A stretch of 64,000 nucleotides of DNA from Eledone cirrhosa (lineage: Eukaryota), in contig OZ024743.1 of the NCBI GenBank assembly GCA_964016885.1, positions 370,760,001 to 370,824,000 of the forward strand, read 5' to 3'. This document shows, piece by piece, positions 18,301 through 31,519 of the stretch. The position numbers and the translations under genes were made by a program. The notes below the pieces were generated by a model, which saw only the letters and a list, made by a program, of their open reading frames with translations, was not told the DNA's origin and ran no database searches. Each line of letters begins with the position of its first letter. Position 1 is the first letter of the stretch.

Positions 18301-21300
18301 CCTACACATCACACCACAGTACCCTTCACACCACACCACTGTACCCTACACACCACACCACTGTACCTTACACACCAGACCACTGTACCTACACATCACA
18401 CCACTGTACACTTCACACCACACCACAGTACCCTACACACCGCACTACAGTACCCTACACACCACACCACTGTACCCTACACACCACACTACAGTACCCT
18501 ACACATCACACCACAGTACCCTATACACCACACCACAGTACCTACACACCACCACAGTACCCTACACACCAGACCACTGTACCTACACACCACACCACAG
18601 TACCCTACACACCACAGTACCTACACACCACACCACAGTACCCTTCACACCACACCACTGTACCCTATACACCACACCACAGTACCCTATATACCACACC
18701 ACAGTACCCTACACACCACACTACAGTACCCTACACACCACACCACTGTACCCTACACACCACACCACTACCCTACACGCCACACCACTGTAACCTACAC
18801 ACCACAGTACCCTACACACCACGCCACACCACTGTACCCTACACACCACACCACTGTACCCTACACAACACACCACTGTACCCTACACACCACACCACTG
18901 TACCCTAGACACCACACCACAGTACCCTACACACCACGCCACACCACTGTACCCTACACACCACACCACTGTACCCTACACAACACACCACTGTACCCTA
19001 CACACCACACCACTGTACCCTACACACCACAGTACCCTACACACCACACCACTGTACCCTTCACACTACACCACAGTACTCTACACACCACAGTACCCTA
19101 CACACCACACCACGGTACCCTTCACACCACACCACAGTACTCTACACACCACAGTACCCTACACACCACACCACAGTACCCTACACACCACACCACTGTA
19201 CCCTTCACACCACACCTCAGTACTCTACACACCACACCACAGTACCCTACACACACCACTGTACCCTTCACACCACACCACAGTACCCTACACACCACAC
19301 CACTGTACCCTACACACCACACCACAGTACCCTACACACCACACCACAGTACTCTACACACCACACCACAGTACTCTACACACCACACAACTGTACCCTT
19401 CATACCACACCACAGTACTCTACATACCACACCACTGTACCCTTCACACCACACCACAGTACCCTACACACCACACCACAGTACTCTACACACCACACCA
19501 CAGTACTCTACACACCACACCACAGTACTCTACACACCACACCACAGTACTCTACACACCACACCACTGTACCCTTCACACCACACCACAGTACCCTACA
19601 CACCACACCACAGTACTCTACACACCACACCACAGTACTCTACACACCACACCACAGTACTCTACACACCACACCACTGTACCCTTCACACCACACCACA
19701 GTACCCTTCACACCAGACCACAGTACTCTACACACCACACCACAGTACCCTACACACCACACCACTGTACCCTACACAACACACCACTGTACCCTACAAA
19801 CCAGACCACTGTACCCTACACACCACCACAGTACCCTACACACCACACCACAGTACCCTACACACCACACCACTGTACCCTTCCCACCAGACCACTGTAC
19901 TCTACACACCACACCACAGTACCCTTCACACCAGACCACTGTACCCTACACACCACACTACAGTACCCTACACACCACACCACAGTACCCTACACACCAC
20001 ACCACAGTACCCTTCACACCAGACCACTGTACTCTACACACCACACCACAGTACCCTTCACACCAGACCACTGTACCCTACACACCACACCACAGTACCC
20101 TACACACCACACCACAGTACCCTTCACACCAGACCACTGTACCCTACACACCACACTACAGTACCCTACACACCACACCACAGTACCCTACACACCACAC
20201 CACAGTACCCTTCACACCAGACCACTGTACCTACACACCACACTACAGTTCCCTACACACCACTCCACTGTACCCTACACACCACACCACTGTACCCTAC
20301 ACAACACACCACTCTACCCTACACACCACACCACACCACAGTACCTACACACCACACCACAGTACCCTACACACCACACCACTGTACGCTACACACCACA
20401 CCACAGTACCTTTCACACCAGACCACTTACCCTACACACCACACCACAGTACCCTACACACCACACCACTGTACCCTACACACCACACCACAGTACCCTA
20501 TATACCACACCACAGTACCCTACACACCACACCACAGTACCCTTCACACCAGACCACTGTACTCTACACACCACACCACAGTACCCTTCACACCAGACCA
20601 CTGTACCCTACACACCACACCACAGTACCCTACACACCACACCACAGTACCCTTCACACCAGACCACTGTACCCTACACACCACACTACAGTACCCTACA
20701 CACCACACCACAGTACCCTACACACCACACCACAGTACCCTTCACACCAGACCACTGTACCTACACACCACACTACAGTTCCCTACACACCACTCCACTG
20801 TACCCTACACACCACACCACTGTACCCTACACAACACACCACTCTACCCTACACACCACACCACACCACAGTACCTACACACCACACCACAGTACCCTAC
20901 ACACCACACCACTGTACGCTACACACCACACCACAGTACCTTTCACACCAGACCACTTACCCTACACACCACACCACAGTACCCTACACACCACACCACA
21001 GTACCCTACACACCACCCCACTGTACCCTACACACCACACCACAGTACCCTATATACCACACCACAGTACCCTACACACCACACTACAGTACCCTACACA
21101 CCACACCACTGTACCCTACACACCACACCACAGTACCCTTCACACCAGACCACTGTACCCTACACACCACACCACAGTACCCTATATACCACACCACAGT
21201 ACCCTACACACCACACCACTGTACCCTACACACCACACCACTACCCTACACACCACACGACTGTACCCTACACACCACACCACAGTACCCTACACACCAC

Positions 21301-24300
21301 ACCACTGTACCCTACACACCACACCACTGTACCCTACACAACACACCACTGTACCCTACACACCACCACTGTACCCTACACACCACACCACTGTACCCTA
21401 TATACCACGCCACTGTACCCTTCACACCACACCACTGTACGCTACACAACACACCACTGTACCCTACACACCACCACTGTACCCTACACACCACACCACA
21501 GTACCCTACACACCACACCACACCACTGTACCCTACACACCACACCATACCACTGTACCCTACACACCACACCACTGTACCCTACACAACACACCACTGT
21601 ACCCTACACACCACCACTGTACCCTACACACCACACCACAGTACGCTACACACCACACCACACCACTGTACCCTACACACCACACCACACCACTGTACCC
21701 TTCACACCACACCACAGTACTCTACACACCACACCACAGTACCCTACACACCACACCACAGTACCCTTCCCACCACACCACAGTATCCTTCACACCAGAC
21801 CACTGTACCCTATATACCACGCCACTGTACCCTACAAACCAGACCACTGTACCCTACAAACCTGACCACTGTACCCTACACACCACACCACAGTACTCTA
21901 CACACCACAGTACCCTTCACACCACACCACTGTACCCTACACACCACACCACAGTACCCTACACACCACAGTACCCTTCACACCAGACCACTGTACCTAC
22001 ACACCACACCACAGTACCCTATATACCACACCACAGTACCCTTCACACCAGACCACAGTACCCACTACACCACAGTACCCTTCACACCAGACCACTGTAC
22101 CCTTCACACCACACCACAGTACCCTACACACCACACCACTGTACCCTACACACCATACCACTACCCTACACACCACACCACTGTACCCTACACACCACAC
22201 CACAGTACCCTACACACCACACCACTGTATCCTACACACCACACCACTGTACCTTACACACCACCCCACAGTACCCTACACACCACACCACTGTACCCTT
22301 CACACCACACCACAGTACCCTACACACCACACCACTGTACCCTACACACCACACCACTACCTTACACACCACCCCACAGTACCCTACACACCACACCACT
22401 GTACCTTCACACCACACCACAGTACTCTACACACCACCCCACAGTACCCTACACACCACACCACTGTACCCTTCACACCACACCACTGTACCCTACACAC
22501 CACACCACAGTACCCTACACACCACACCACTGTACCCTACACACCACACTACAGTACCCACCACACCACAGTACCCTTCACACCAGACCACTGTACCCTA
22601 TATACCACGCCACAGTACCCTACCCACCACACCACAGTACCCTACACACCAGACCACTGTACCCTACACACCACACCACAGTACCCTTCACACCAGACCA
22701 CTGTACCCTACACACCACACTACAGTACCCTACACACCACACCACAGTACCCACCACACCACTGTACCCTACACACCACACCACAGTACCCACCACACCA
22801 CAGTACCCTTCACACCAGACCACTGTACCCTATATACCACGCCACTGTACCCTACAAACCAGACCACTGTACCCTACAAACCAGACCACTGTACCCTACA
22901 CACCACACCACTGTACCCTACACACCACACCACAGTACCCTACACACCACACCACTGTACCCTACACACCAGACCACTGTACCCTACACACCACACCACA
23001 GTACCCTACACGCCACACCATAGTACCCTACACACCACACCACTGTACCCTACACACCAGACCACTGTACCCTATACACCACACCACAGTACCCTACACA
23101 CCACACCACAGTACCCTACACACCACACCACTGTACCCTACACACCACACCACTGTACCCTTCCCACCACACCACAGTATCCTTCACACCAGACCACTGT
23201 ACCCTACAAATCAGACCACAGTACCCTACACACCACACCACAGTACCCTACACACCACACCACTGTACCCTACACACCACACCACAGTACCTTCACACCA
23301 CACCACAGTACTCTACACACCACACCACAGTACCCTACACACCACACCACAGTACCCTTCACACCAGACCACTGTACCCTACACACCACACTACAGTACC
23401 CTACACACCACACCACAGTACCCTACACACCACACCACAGTACCCACCACACCACCCTTCACACCACACCACAGTACCCTATATACCACGCCACTGTACC
23501 CTACAAACCAGACCACTGTACCCTACAAACCAGACCACTGTACCCTACACACCACACCACAGTACCCTACACACCACACCACAGTACCCTACACACCACA
23601 CCACTGTACCCTACACAACACACCACTGTACCTTCACACCACACCACAGTACTCTACACACCACACCACAGTACCCTTCACACCAGACCACAGTACCCTT
23701 CACACCAGACCACTGTACCCTACACACCACACTACAGTACCCTACACACCACACCACAGTACCCTACACACCACACCACAGTACCCTTCACACCAGACCA
23801 CTGTACCCTATATACCACGCCACTGTACCCTACAAACCAGACCACTGTACCCTACAAACCAGACCACTGTACCCTACACACCACACCACAGTACCCTACA
23901 CACCACACCACTGTACCCTTCCCACCACACCACAGTACCCTTCACACCAGACCACTGTACTCTACACACCACACCACAGTACTCTTCACACCACACCACA
24001 GTACCCTACACACCACACCACACCACAGTACCCTATATACCACACCACTGTACCCTTCACACCACACCACAGTACCCTACACACCACACCACAGTACCCT
24101 ACACACCACACCACTGTACCCTACACACCACACTACAGTACCCTACACACCACACCACAGTACCCTACACACCACACCACTGTACCCTACACACCACACC
24201 ACTGTACCCTACACACCACACTACAGTACCCTACACACCACACCACAGTACCCTACACACCACACCACTCTACCCTACACACCACACCACTGTACCCTAC

Positions 24301-24392
24301 ACACCACACCACAGTACCCTACACACCACACCACTGTACCCTACACACCACACTACAGTACCCTACACACCACACCACAGTACCCTACACAC
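3380..24392. repeat. About 19-kb intronic minisatellite, 22-bp consensus CAGTACCCTACACACCACACCA (interrupted at 3747-5810)
   Basis: Directly visible tandem array with variants CTGTAC, CTCTA, CCTTCA, CAGAC, CAGTGC and 17-bp short units. Roughly 850-900 units, estimated from length. Confidence 0.99.
3747..5810 (-). mobile_element. hAT (Buster/Charlie-type) DNA transposon with disrupted transposase
   Basis: ORF pieces give a BED finger (CLLC..LKRHLDTNH), QVDETTD, TTDGAAAMTG, HCMIHR, RWLS and YLCEKGFS, with several frameshifts and stops. TIR-like CAGTGGTCGCCAAACT at 3747, preceded by CCCTACAC (nnnTAnnn). Other TIR absent. Confidence 0.93.
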
Positions 24393-24430
24393 CCAAAATA
24401 GTGCAAAAGTAAGTAAAGAATGTTACTAAC

Positions 24431-24865
24431 TTTTTTTGAGAAGTGTTCAAAAGAATATGCACAGCTGCAGTTCTGTACATTGCGGAATGGCTTCCAGTCA
24501 ATAGCAACTGATGCTAATTCTTCATAGAGTTGAGCTTTTGTGAGGGGTTCAGCACTGCCACCAGTGATACTCATCAATGCCACAACACTGGACACCAAAC
24601 CATCATCAATACCTGAGCGAGACAGTTGTGAGCTTGATTCATCAAAGCCAGACTCAGTGTCACTCTTTCCAGCAATATGGTTGCTTTCTGATTCAAACGA
24701 CTTGGTGAGGGTTAAATTAGTACTGCTCAGCTTATCACCCCCATTCTCTTCAGCAGGTTCTGTCAGTAAAACCCCATCTAGAGAATCCATTGATGAGAAA
24801 CACTGTAGCTTACGCTGGATCACTTCTTCAGAAATACCCATTCGTTTGCAAAGGTCATTGATTCT
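24431..24865 (-). CDS. MTMR6: MTMR6/7/8-like exon: linker and N-half of FYVE domain
   Basis: RINDLCKRMGISEEVIQRK...AIDWKPFRNVQNCSCAYSFEHFSKK. TAG acceptor, GTTAGT donor, 435 nt, phase 0/0. Confidence 0.88.
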
Positions 24866-25159
24866 CTACAATAGATACAATAAAATAAAATATGAAATTT
24901 CTCTAAAGTTTAATTTTAACCCTTTCATGACTGCATCTGTAATGAAATACACTAAATTTAAATTAATCAAAGAAGAATTTGGAGTGATTTACTAAAATTA
25001 TTAATTATTTCATTACTATGGGTTTTATATAAAACTATGTTGGAAGATTTTAATTTATATAGGAACATTAAAGTGTTGATATAAAATATCTCAAACACAG
25101 GTTTGGCTTGATTTTTTCCAACCAACTTCTGATTTATTTTATTATTATTTTATTATTAT

Positions 25160-25352
25160 GGCGGTGAATTGGCAGTATCGGTAGAGGGTTGGACAACATG
25201 CTTTCTAGCATAGTTATGTCCCTTTACGGTCTGAGTTCAAATCCCACCGAGGTTAACTTTGCCTTTCATCCTTACGAGGTCGATAAAATAAAGTACCAGT
25301 AATACACTAGGATAATTGCTGGCCTTGTGCCAAAAGTAGAAACAATTATTAT
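25160..25352 (+). mobile_element. tRNA-derived SINE (family A)
   Basis: A-box-like TGGCAGTATCGG, B-box GAGTTCAAATCC, core GCCTTTCATCCTTACGAGGTCGATAAAATAAAGTACCAG and (ATT)n tail. Many copies in the window. Confidence 0.88.
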
Positions 25353-26269
25353 TTTATTATTATCTTTTAAATTATATTTTATATGATGCATTTTGTAAAT
25401 AATTATTTCTACTTTTGGCACAAGGCCAGCAATTACCCAGTACATTACTGGTACTTTATTTTATCGACCCGATGCATTTTGTAAATAATTGTTTCTACTT
25501 TAGGCACAAGGCCAGTAATTACCCAGTGCATTACTGGTACTTTATTTTGTAAATGCATTTTGTAAATAATATAATGTAATTAGTTTTCAATGCCTTAGTT
25601 ACTGGTTCACTGATTTTAAATCAATTTGTTATTCTATATTGTTCAAAACAAAGTAGACATGAAATTTAATTTCCTGCTAAAGTGAATATGCTGATGAAAG
25701 AGAAAATTTAAAAAAATTGTGTAATGAATAATTATGCTAAATGCCGGAAAAAAAAAGGGGGGGGGGTAGTAGAGAGGATTCTTCAGTCACATCAAGGACA
25801 AGATAACCTTTTTAATGCTGGTACCATGATAAAATATATTCAGCACATTTTGCAAAGAGTCTCCAGCAATATAAACCATACCAGAATAGAATGTATTTGA
25901 GAAATATGTGGTTCTCCAGCCGGTCTAGGTGGACAGTAGCTCTAATTAAGTAATGACTTGGTCTGTACCAACCCATACAACTCATGCCAGCATGGAAAAT
26001 GGACTTAAAAAGATGATGATAATAAACTGTTAGTGGTGATCCCCAATAACTAAATACACTGATCATGTTAGGTTATTGTTTGGTTGAAGTACTACAGACA
26101 AAGAGATTCAGAACTTCATTTTATATGATACATCATTTATATCATATATCATATCAATAAAATCATTATTGCTTATAGCTTTCTAACAGTCCATTCTCTG
26201 TATTTCTAACAGTGAGAGTGACAAGAAAGTGTCTGTAACACGGGAGAATAAATACTTTTGGTTTAAAGT

Positions 26270-26538
26270 CCAAAGTCTGTTTCAAGCCGAAAGGTTCATT
26301 CGGCCAGTGCTTATCCCAGTTTCTTTGGCATTAAGCAACTAAGAGTACAAGACTCCATTCTGGACAGAACGTCAGTCCATCATGGGATTAAACCCCCAAG
26401 TGCAGCTGGTACTCAGAGAATACTGGAGCAATGTGAAATGAAGTGTTTTGTCCAGGAACAACACACAACCTAGTCCAGGAATCGAACTCACGGCATTATG
26501 ATCATGTCCAACACCCTAACCACTAGACCGCATGCCTA
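26270..26538 (-). mobile_element. tRNA-derived SINE (family B)
   Basis: Minus strand starts AGGCATGCGGTCTAGTGGTTAGG..GAGTTCGATTCC. Related copies at about 46380-46480 (+) and 55757-56015 (+). Confidence 0.75.
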
Positions 26539-26691
26539 AATAAATACAAAGTATTTTTGTTTGAAAATACTTGCTATAATAGTTATCCAGAAGTTATTTC
26601 ACACTACAAGAAATCTTAAGACTGGAAGATGAGAAAAGAGACTGGAAGATGAGAAAAGAGAAAGATATCTAGCAAAGTTTAAGAAACTTAC

Positions 26692-26818
26692 CATTTCCAG
26701 TAACCGTATATGGTCTTCAAGGGAGCTGCTGTGTTCTTTAGCTGTTGCCAATGTATCCATTATTTCTTCTCTAGGATGCACACCAGCATCAAAGCGGTTG
26801 TACATTCCTTTCCAAAAT
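26692..26818 (-). CDS. MTMR6: MTMR6/7/8-like exon (start of coiled coil)
   Basis: (R)FWKGMYNRFDAGVHPREEIMDTLATAKEHSSSLEDHIRLLEM. TAG acceptor, GTAAGT donor, 127 nt. Confidence 0.93.
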
Positions 26819-27064
26819 CTATGGAAGAAGCACATTAGATTTGTCTTTATTCAAATATTGACATTTGGACAATGTAGTATGCTCTAACATTTTTGCAATA
26901 GTATTACTATTATAATGTACAATATTATATTGAAAACATGAATCACTTTTGTATTTATTGAACACAATGTTCAATGATGGGAGTGTCAGGAAAGGCAAAA
27001 AGGTGATTAAATAAGAATACTATCATATTTACTATTATAAGTTATTATTATTATCATCCTCATA

Positions 27065-27253
27065 AGGGTGGTGGATTGGCATTATCGGTAGAGGGTCAGA
27101 CGCTATGCTTTGCAGCATGGTCCTTTATGATCTGAGTTCAAATCCCGCCGAGGTTAACTTTGCCTTTCATCCTTACGGGGTCGATAAAATAAAGTACCAG
27201 TAATACACTGGGTAATTGCTGGCCTTGTGCCTAACGTAGAAACAATTATTATT
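27065..27253 (+). mobile_element. tRNA-derived SINE (family A)
   Basis: Full-length homolog of 25160-25352. Confidence 0.88.
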
Positions 27254-27254
27254 T

Positions 27255-27735
27255 GATGGTGTTGTTTCTATTGTATTGAGAGTACTCTTTGTAAAACGAG
27301 GGTGGTGCCTAGTAATGTTATTGTTTGTAAGCTGTGTATATTTGTAGGTCCAAGCCTTTGGTTATGTATATGTCTGTGTTTCTTTTATCATTCCTAGAGA
27401 ACCTATTATTAAAGTTATTGTTTCTGTCTTCATCATCCACATTTGGTTTGTTTCTATTTCAAGATCTTTATATTTAGATAGTTTCTATTTCCTTGGTAGA
27501 AATATTGTTATCTGTGGGGATTGATACATCAATTAGAAGATATTTTTTTCTTTGAAGTCTTTCACTATAGTATCTGATTGGTTAGTTTTGATCTCCCTAT
27601 ATGTGAGTATTGGCATATCCCAGAGAATGGTTGCTTTGTCATTCTCTTAATCATTTTCTGGTGTGTGTCAGTACATATTTTGTCTGTTGGCATAATTTCC
27701 AGTGTATGTAAGTTTTCTTGTGCATTCAACTGGTT
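27255..27735 (-). mobile_element. R4/Dong-like non-LTR element, restriction-like endonuclease remnant
   Basis: Manual translation gives ENDKATILWDMPILT..YLLIDVSIPTDNNISTKE..YKDLEIE..W..IIGSLG (PD-D type RLE), disrupted. Confidence 0.75.
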
Positions 27736-28362
27736 TGAGAGCTTGGTTCTTCATCTCATAAGGATTTTCCTATCTCTGGGAATAAGATTTTTGTGTCTGT
27801 TGGCCTTTTTCTCCAGGACAAACTTTTGGCATATAGTGTGTATCGTTGTCATGACGTGTTGAAATTGTGTGTTGGTGTCTTGTGCTCCATATTTGCTTCC
27901 GGATTTCTCTCTTGGTCTTTTTCCAGTTAGCCTTGTAGAAGTTAAGGCTGGATAACATCCCGGTGCTTCTTGATGGTTGTGTCTCTGTTGGTTCTCTCGG
28001 ACCACATATCATTACTTCTACTAAGTTATGATCCGAGAAAATTGTTGGTGTCACCTTTACATTGTGGATGAGCACTTCATTGTTTGCAAAACAGAGGTCC
28101 AGGACATTTTCACCTCTTGTTGGGAGGAGTACTGCTTGTTCCATGAACAGCCTGTATGTGAGGGCCAGCAGGGACTCTGTCTGTCTCTGTTCTAATGACG
28201 TCATTCCAGGGAGGATGTGGCCCTCAGGCCATTTGACCTTTGGCAAGTTGAAGTCTCCCAGCAGTAGAATGTTGAGACCCTGGTTCAGTTTGTCAAGGAC
28301 CTCTTCTATCCTACTGAGGCTATCCTCAAATTTACCCTCATGACTGGGGGCATCGGGTGGCT
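27736..28362 (-). mobile_element. CR1/Jockey-group LINE fragment (APE endonuclease)
   Basis: PPDAP..ILLLGDFNLPKVKW..PTRGENVLDLCF..IFSDHNLVEV. Confidence 0.85.
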
Positions 28363-28599
28363 AATAATATATAATTTTCTCTATATATTATCTGCGTAAA
28401 TCATTCATCATATTTAACGGTTAGCAAACAAGATTGGCGTTATCTTTTCCTTTTCAATCGTGCAAACATAAACATTATAATATATGTATGATAAACTATA
28501 TAACTTTGCTAAATTAACAATATTCTGAAAACATTTTCAATGTTGGAACAAAATATTTGAATTTACAAATTGTTCTCCTCTTAAAACTTGAACTACATG

Positions 28600-30373
28600 T
28601 TTTTTTTATGTAAAATGACGAGATATTTATAAACCATGCACAATATTATAATAAGGCTCTTTCTGAATCTGGTTATGAACAATCCATTTACTACATACCT
28701 AAATGCCATAACACAGCAACTCACCATAATAAACTTAACGCTAGAACTAGAAATACCTTAGCATAGAGCCAGTTCGCCGGAATTTTAGCAGTAACAGCAC
28801 CAACACAGGGAAGTTAAATGGTGGCAGCGGCCTGCTCCCCACTCCAAGTAGCAAACTAAAAATCAACCCTAGAATAGGAATGAGAAATGGGATGACAAAT
28901 AACAAATCCCCAGGTAATAATAACCCTAGGAAGGCCCCTACCAACTCCACTAGAACCCCTAGAAGGAATAGACCTAGAAATATCACCTGGCTTAACCCCC
29001 CATTCTCATCTAATGTAGCCACTAATATCCCTAACCGCTTCTTCTCTATCCTATCTAAACATTTCCCCCCCAACCATAGATATTACAAACTCTTTAATAA
29101 AAATAACATTAAAATCTCATTCTCCACAACACCTAACCTAGCTAGCCACATCGCATTCAGTAACCATCATAAGCTAAGACACTATAACTCCCACACCGCG
29201 GTACCACCACCCCTATCAAATACACCACGCCACTACACCAATAATTACTCTAGTAGCACACCTCCCCCATCTAATCCTTCTAGCACTGACCAACCGCTTA
29301 GGTTAAACTACCCTACTCTCACTAACCGCAGAAGCAACTGCAACTGCCGTTACCCTAATGCATGCCCATTAAATGGACACTGCCTGACACCCAATATATT
29401 TTATAGGTGCACGGTTAAAACTGCTTCGAATACCAGCTCTTATATTGGGTCTACCTCTAACCCTTTTAAGGTATGCTATAACGCACACTCTTTTTCTTTC
29501 CAAGACCCTAGCAACAGATGTTCGACAACTCTAGCTAGGCTCATTAAAAACCTTAAATTAAGCAACATTAAACACTCACTAAAATGGGATATCGTAGCTA
29601 GGGCCCAACCGTTCAATGGACAAAGAAAATCCTGTGATCTCTGTATTACTGAAGCATATTACATAACTCTATCACGACATCTACCGATTAACGATAGAAC
29701 GGAGGTAACTATTAGCTGTCAACATCGAAGGGCTAATTCCTTCGCCAATAGAATATTTGACCCAACATAGTCATCTAGCCCCATTTTCACTTGTAGCTAA
29801 TAAGTTAAATAGCTATAACTAACTTAGATAATTATAAGTTACCTCTCTTACATTGTCTCTCAATTAAAAAATTTAAAAATTAGCACTTAACTATAAACTA
29901 CCCACAATTTCAAATCTCTTGAGGAGTTACTTCCCCTGAAACCACCCTCTAATTAGTAAGGTAAATATGTCCTTTGGCGGCCATCTTGTTACCCATAGGC
30001 AGATCTCACACAATGCAGCCTCGACAGATGAATACTGCTTGATTATGGCTGACAACTGATACAACCAGGACACCATAGTGAAACACCAATATATGGAACA
30101 CTACATTATGTAACATTCTCTCCTTATTTTAATTTATATTCCTTTGAAGTTCCGATGAGCTGCTCTGTTTTTAAATATGTTAATTATTTTCAACTGAACA
30201 GATCAATAATGATATATAGTCATCTGATCCAGAAATATTATATGGAGTAGCGAAACAATTGTAAACGGACATTATTATTATTCTCTATATTCCTTACATC
30301 AAACTAAAATATGTTGACAATCTTTTAATAATGTCTTCCTTGTGAAATTTGTGGTCTTGTTTTGCTTAACTAA

Positions 30374-30380
<7 letters not shown>
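28600..30380 (+). mobile_element. Penelope-like element, 5'-truncated: GIY-YIG endonuclease ORF (28880-29770) and 3' terminal repeat region
   Basis: YYNKALSESGY thumb remnant; RNITWLNPPFS, CNCRYPNACPLNGHC, IFY..YIGST, CDLCITEAYYI. Hammerhead-like motif downstream; ends in (TA)n. Confidence 0.88.
30149..30266 (+). ncRNA. Type I hammerhead-like motif (degenerate core)
   Basis: GTT-CCGATGA-GCTGCTCTGT...ATGGAGTAGC-GAAA-CAATTG-TA-AAC. 10-bp stem II, palindromic stem III, core U4>C, 3-bp stem I. Confidence 0.6.
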
Positions 30381-30439
<59 letters not shown>

Positions 30440-30443
<4 letters not shown>

Positions 30444-31414
30444 GTGGCATAGGTATGCATCTGTATATATATGTTGGTAGATATACTAATTCTTTATAAT
30501 TATCTCCAAATTATTTTATTGAGCAAAAATTTGCCAAAACTACTACTATGGTTCATAGTAATAGTCAGGCTACTGTCTTATTAGCACCCCACTCCTCACG
30601 TGATTGATTCTTTTGAATTTGCCACCGACCAAGTAGGCAGTGATTTTTTCAATGTCCTGGAATTTAGTCCTCGCTTGCTTTTTTCCATCCACTGAATTAT
30701 TTTTGTATAAGTTCCCTGTGTCCACGCATTGCCTGGGAACTTAGCTGAGAATAGACTTCCTGAAGACGAAAGGATTTTCTCCATGTTGTTCCATTCGGAA
30801 ACCATGTTTATTCCCTTTCAGAAACTAATTAGTTGGAGTGAAATTTTAGTAAGTTAATTTTTATAATTTTCTTATTTTACGTCTTTCATATAATTGTTCT
30901 GCATTCCCGTGCATTGAACCACAAAGTTACTAAGACAAAACCTATATATTTGCTGGCATAGGTATGCATCTGTATATATATGTTGGTAGATATACTAATT
31001 CTTTATAATTATCTCCAAATTATTTTGTTGAGCAAAAATTTGCCAAAACTACTACGATGGTTCATAGTAATAGTCAGGCTACTGTCTTATTAGCACCCCA
31101 CTCCTCACTGATTAATCTCAATGTCACGTGATTGATTCTTTTGAATTTGCCACCGACCAAGTAGGCAGTGATTTTTTCAATGTCCTGGAATTTAGTCCTC
31201 GCTTGCTTTTTTCCATCCACTGAATTATTTTTGTATAAGTTCCCTGTGTCCACGCATTGCCTGGGAACTTAGCTGAGAATAGACTTCCTGATGACGAAAG
31301 GATTTTCTCCATGTTGTCCATTCGGAAACCATGTTTATTCCCTTTCAGAAAGTAATTAGTTGGAGTGAAATTTTAGTAAGTAAGTTAATTTTTATAATTT
31401 TCTTATTTTACATC

Positions 31415-31421
<7 letters not shown>
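30440..31421 (+). repeat. Two tandem ~0.5-kb direct repeats, each with a hammerhead-like core (pLTR/retrozyme-like)
   Basis: 30440-30892 is nearly identical to 30948-31421. CTGAAGA at 30760 and CTGATGA at 31288, each followed by CGAA..TTCG-GAAAC. Confidence 0.85.
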
Positions 31422-31461
<40 letters not shown>

Positions 31462-31519
31462 TACAAATATACATATATATATATGTACGTATATACATAT
31501 ATATATACATATATATATG

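Noticed and set aside
3380-24392. CRISPR-like or telomeric array
   Set aside because: No unique spacers and no cas genes. The unit contains TAGGG but is not (TTAGGG)n, and it is interstitial and intronic.
5811-24392. Recursive splice sites (AG|GT) in GTAGGTAC variant monomers
   Set aside because: No polypyrimidine tract or branch context on the G/T-rich strand, so unsupported without nascent RNA data.
25160-25260. tRNA genes at A/B-box motifs
   Set aside because: No cloverleaf; these are heads of multi-copy SINEs.
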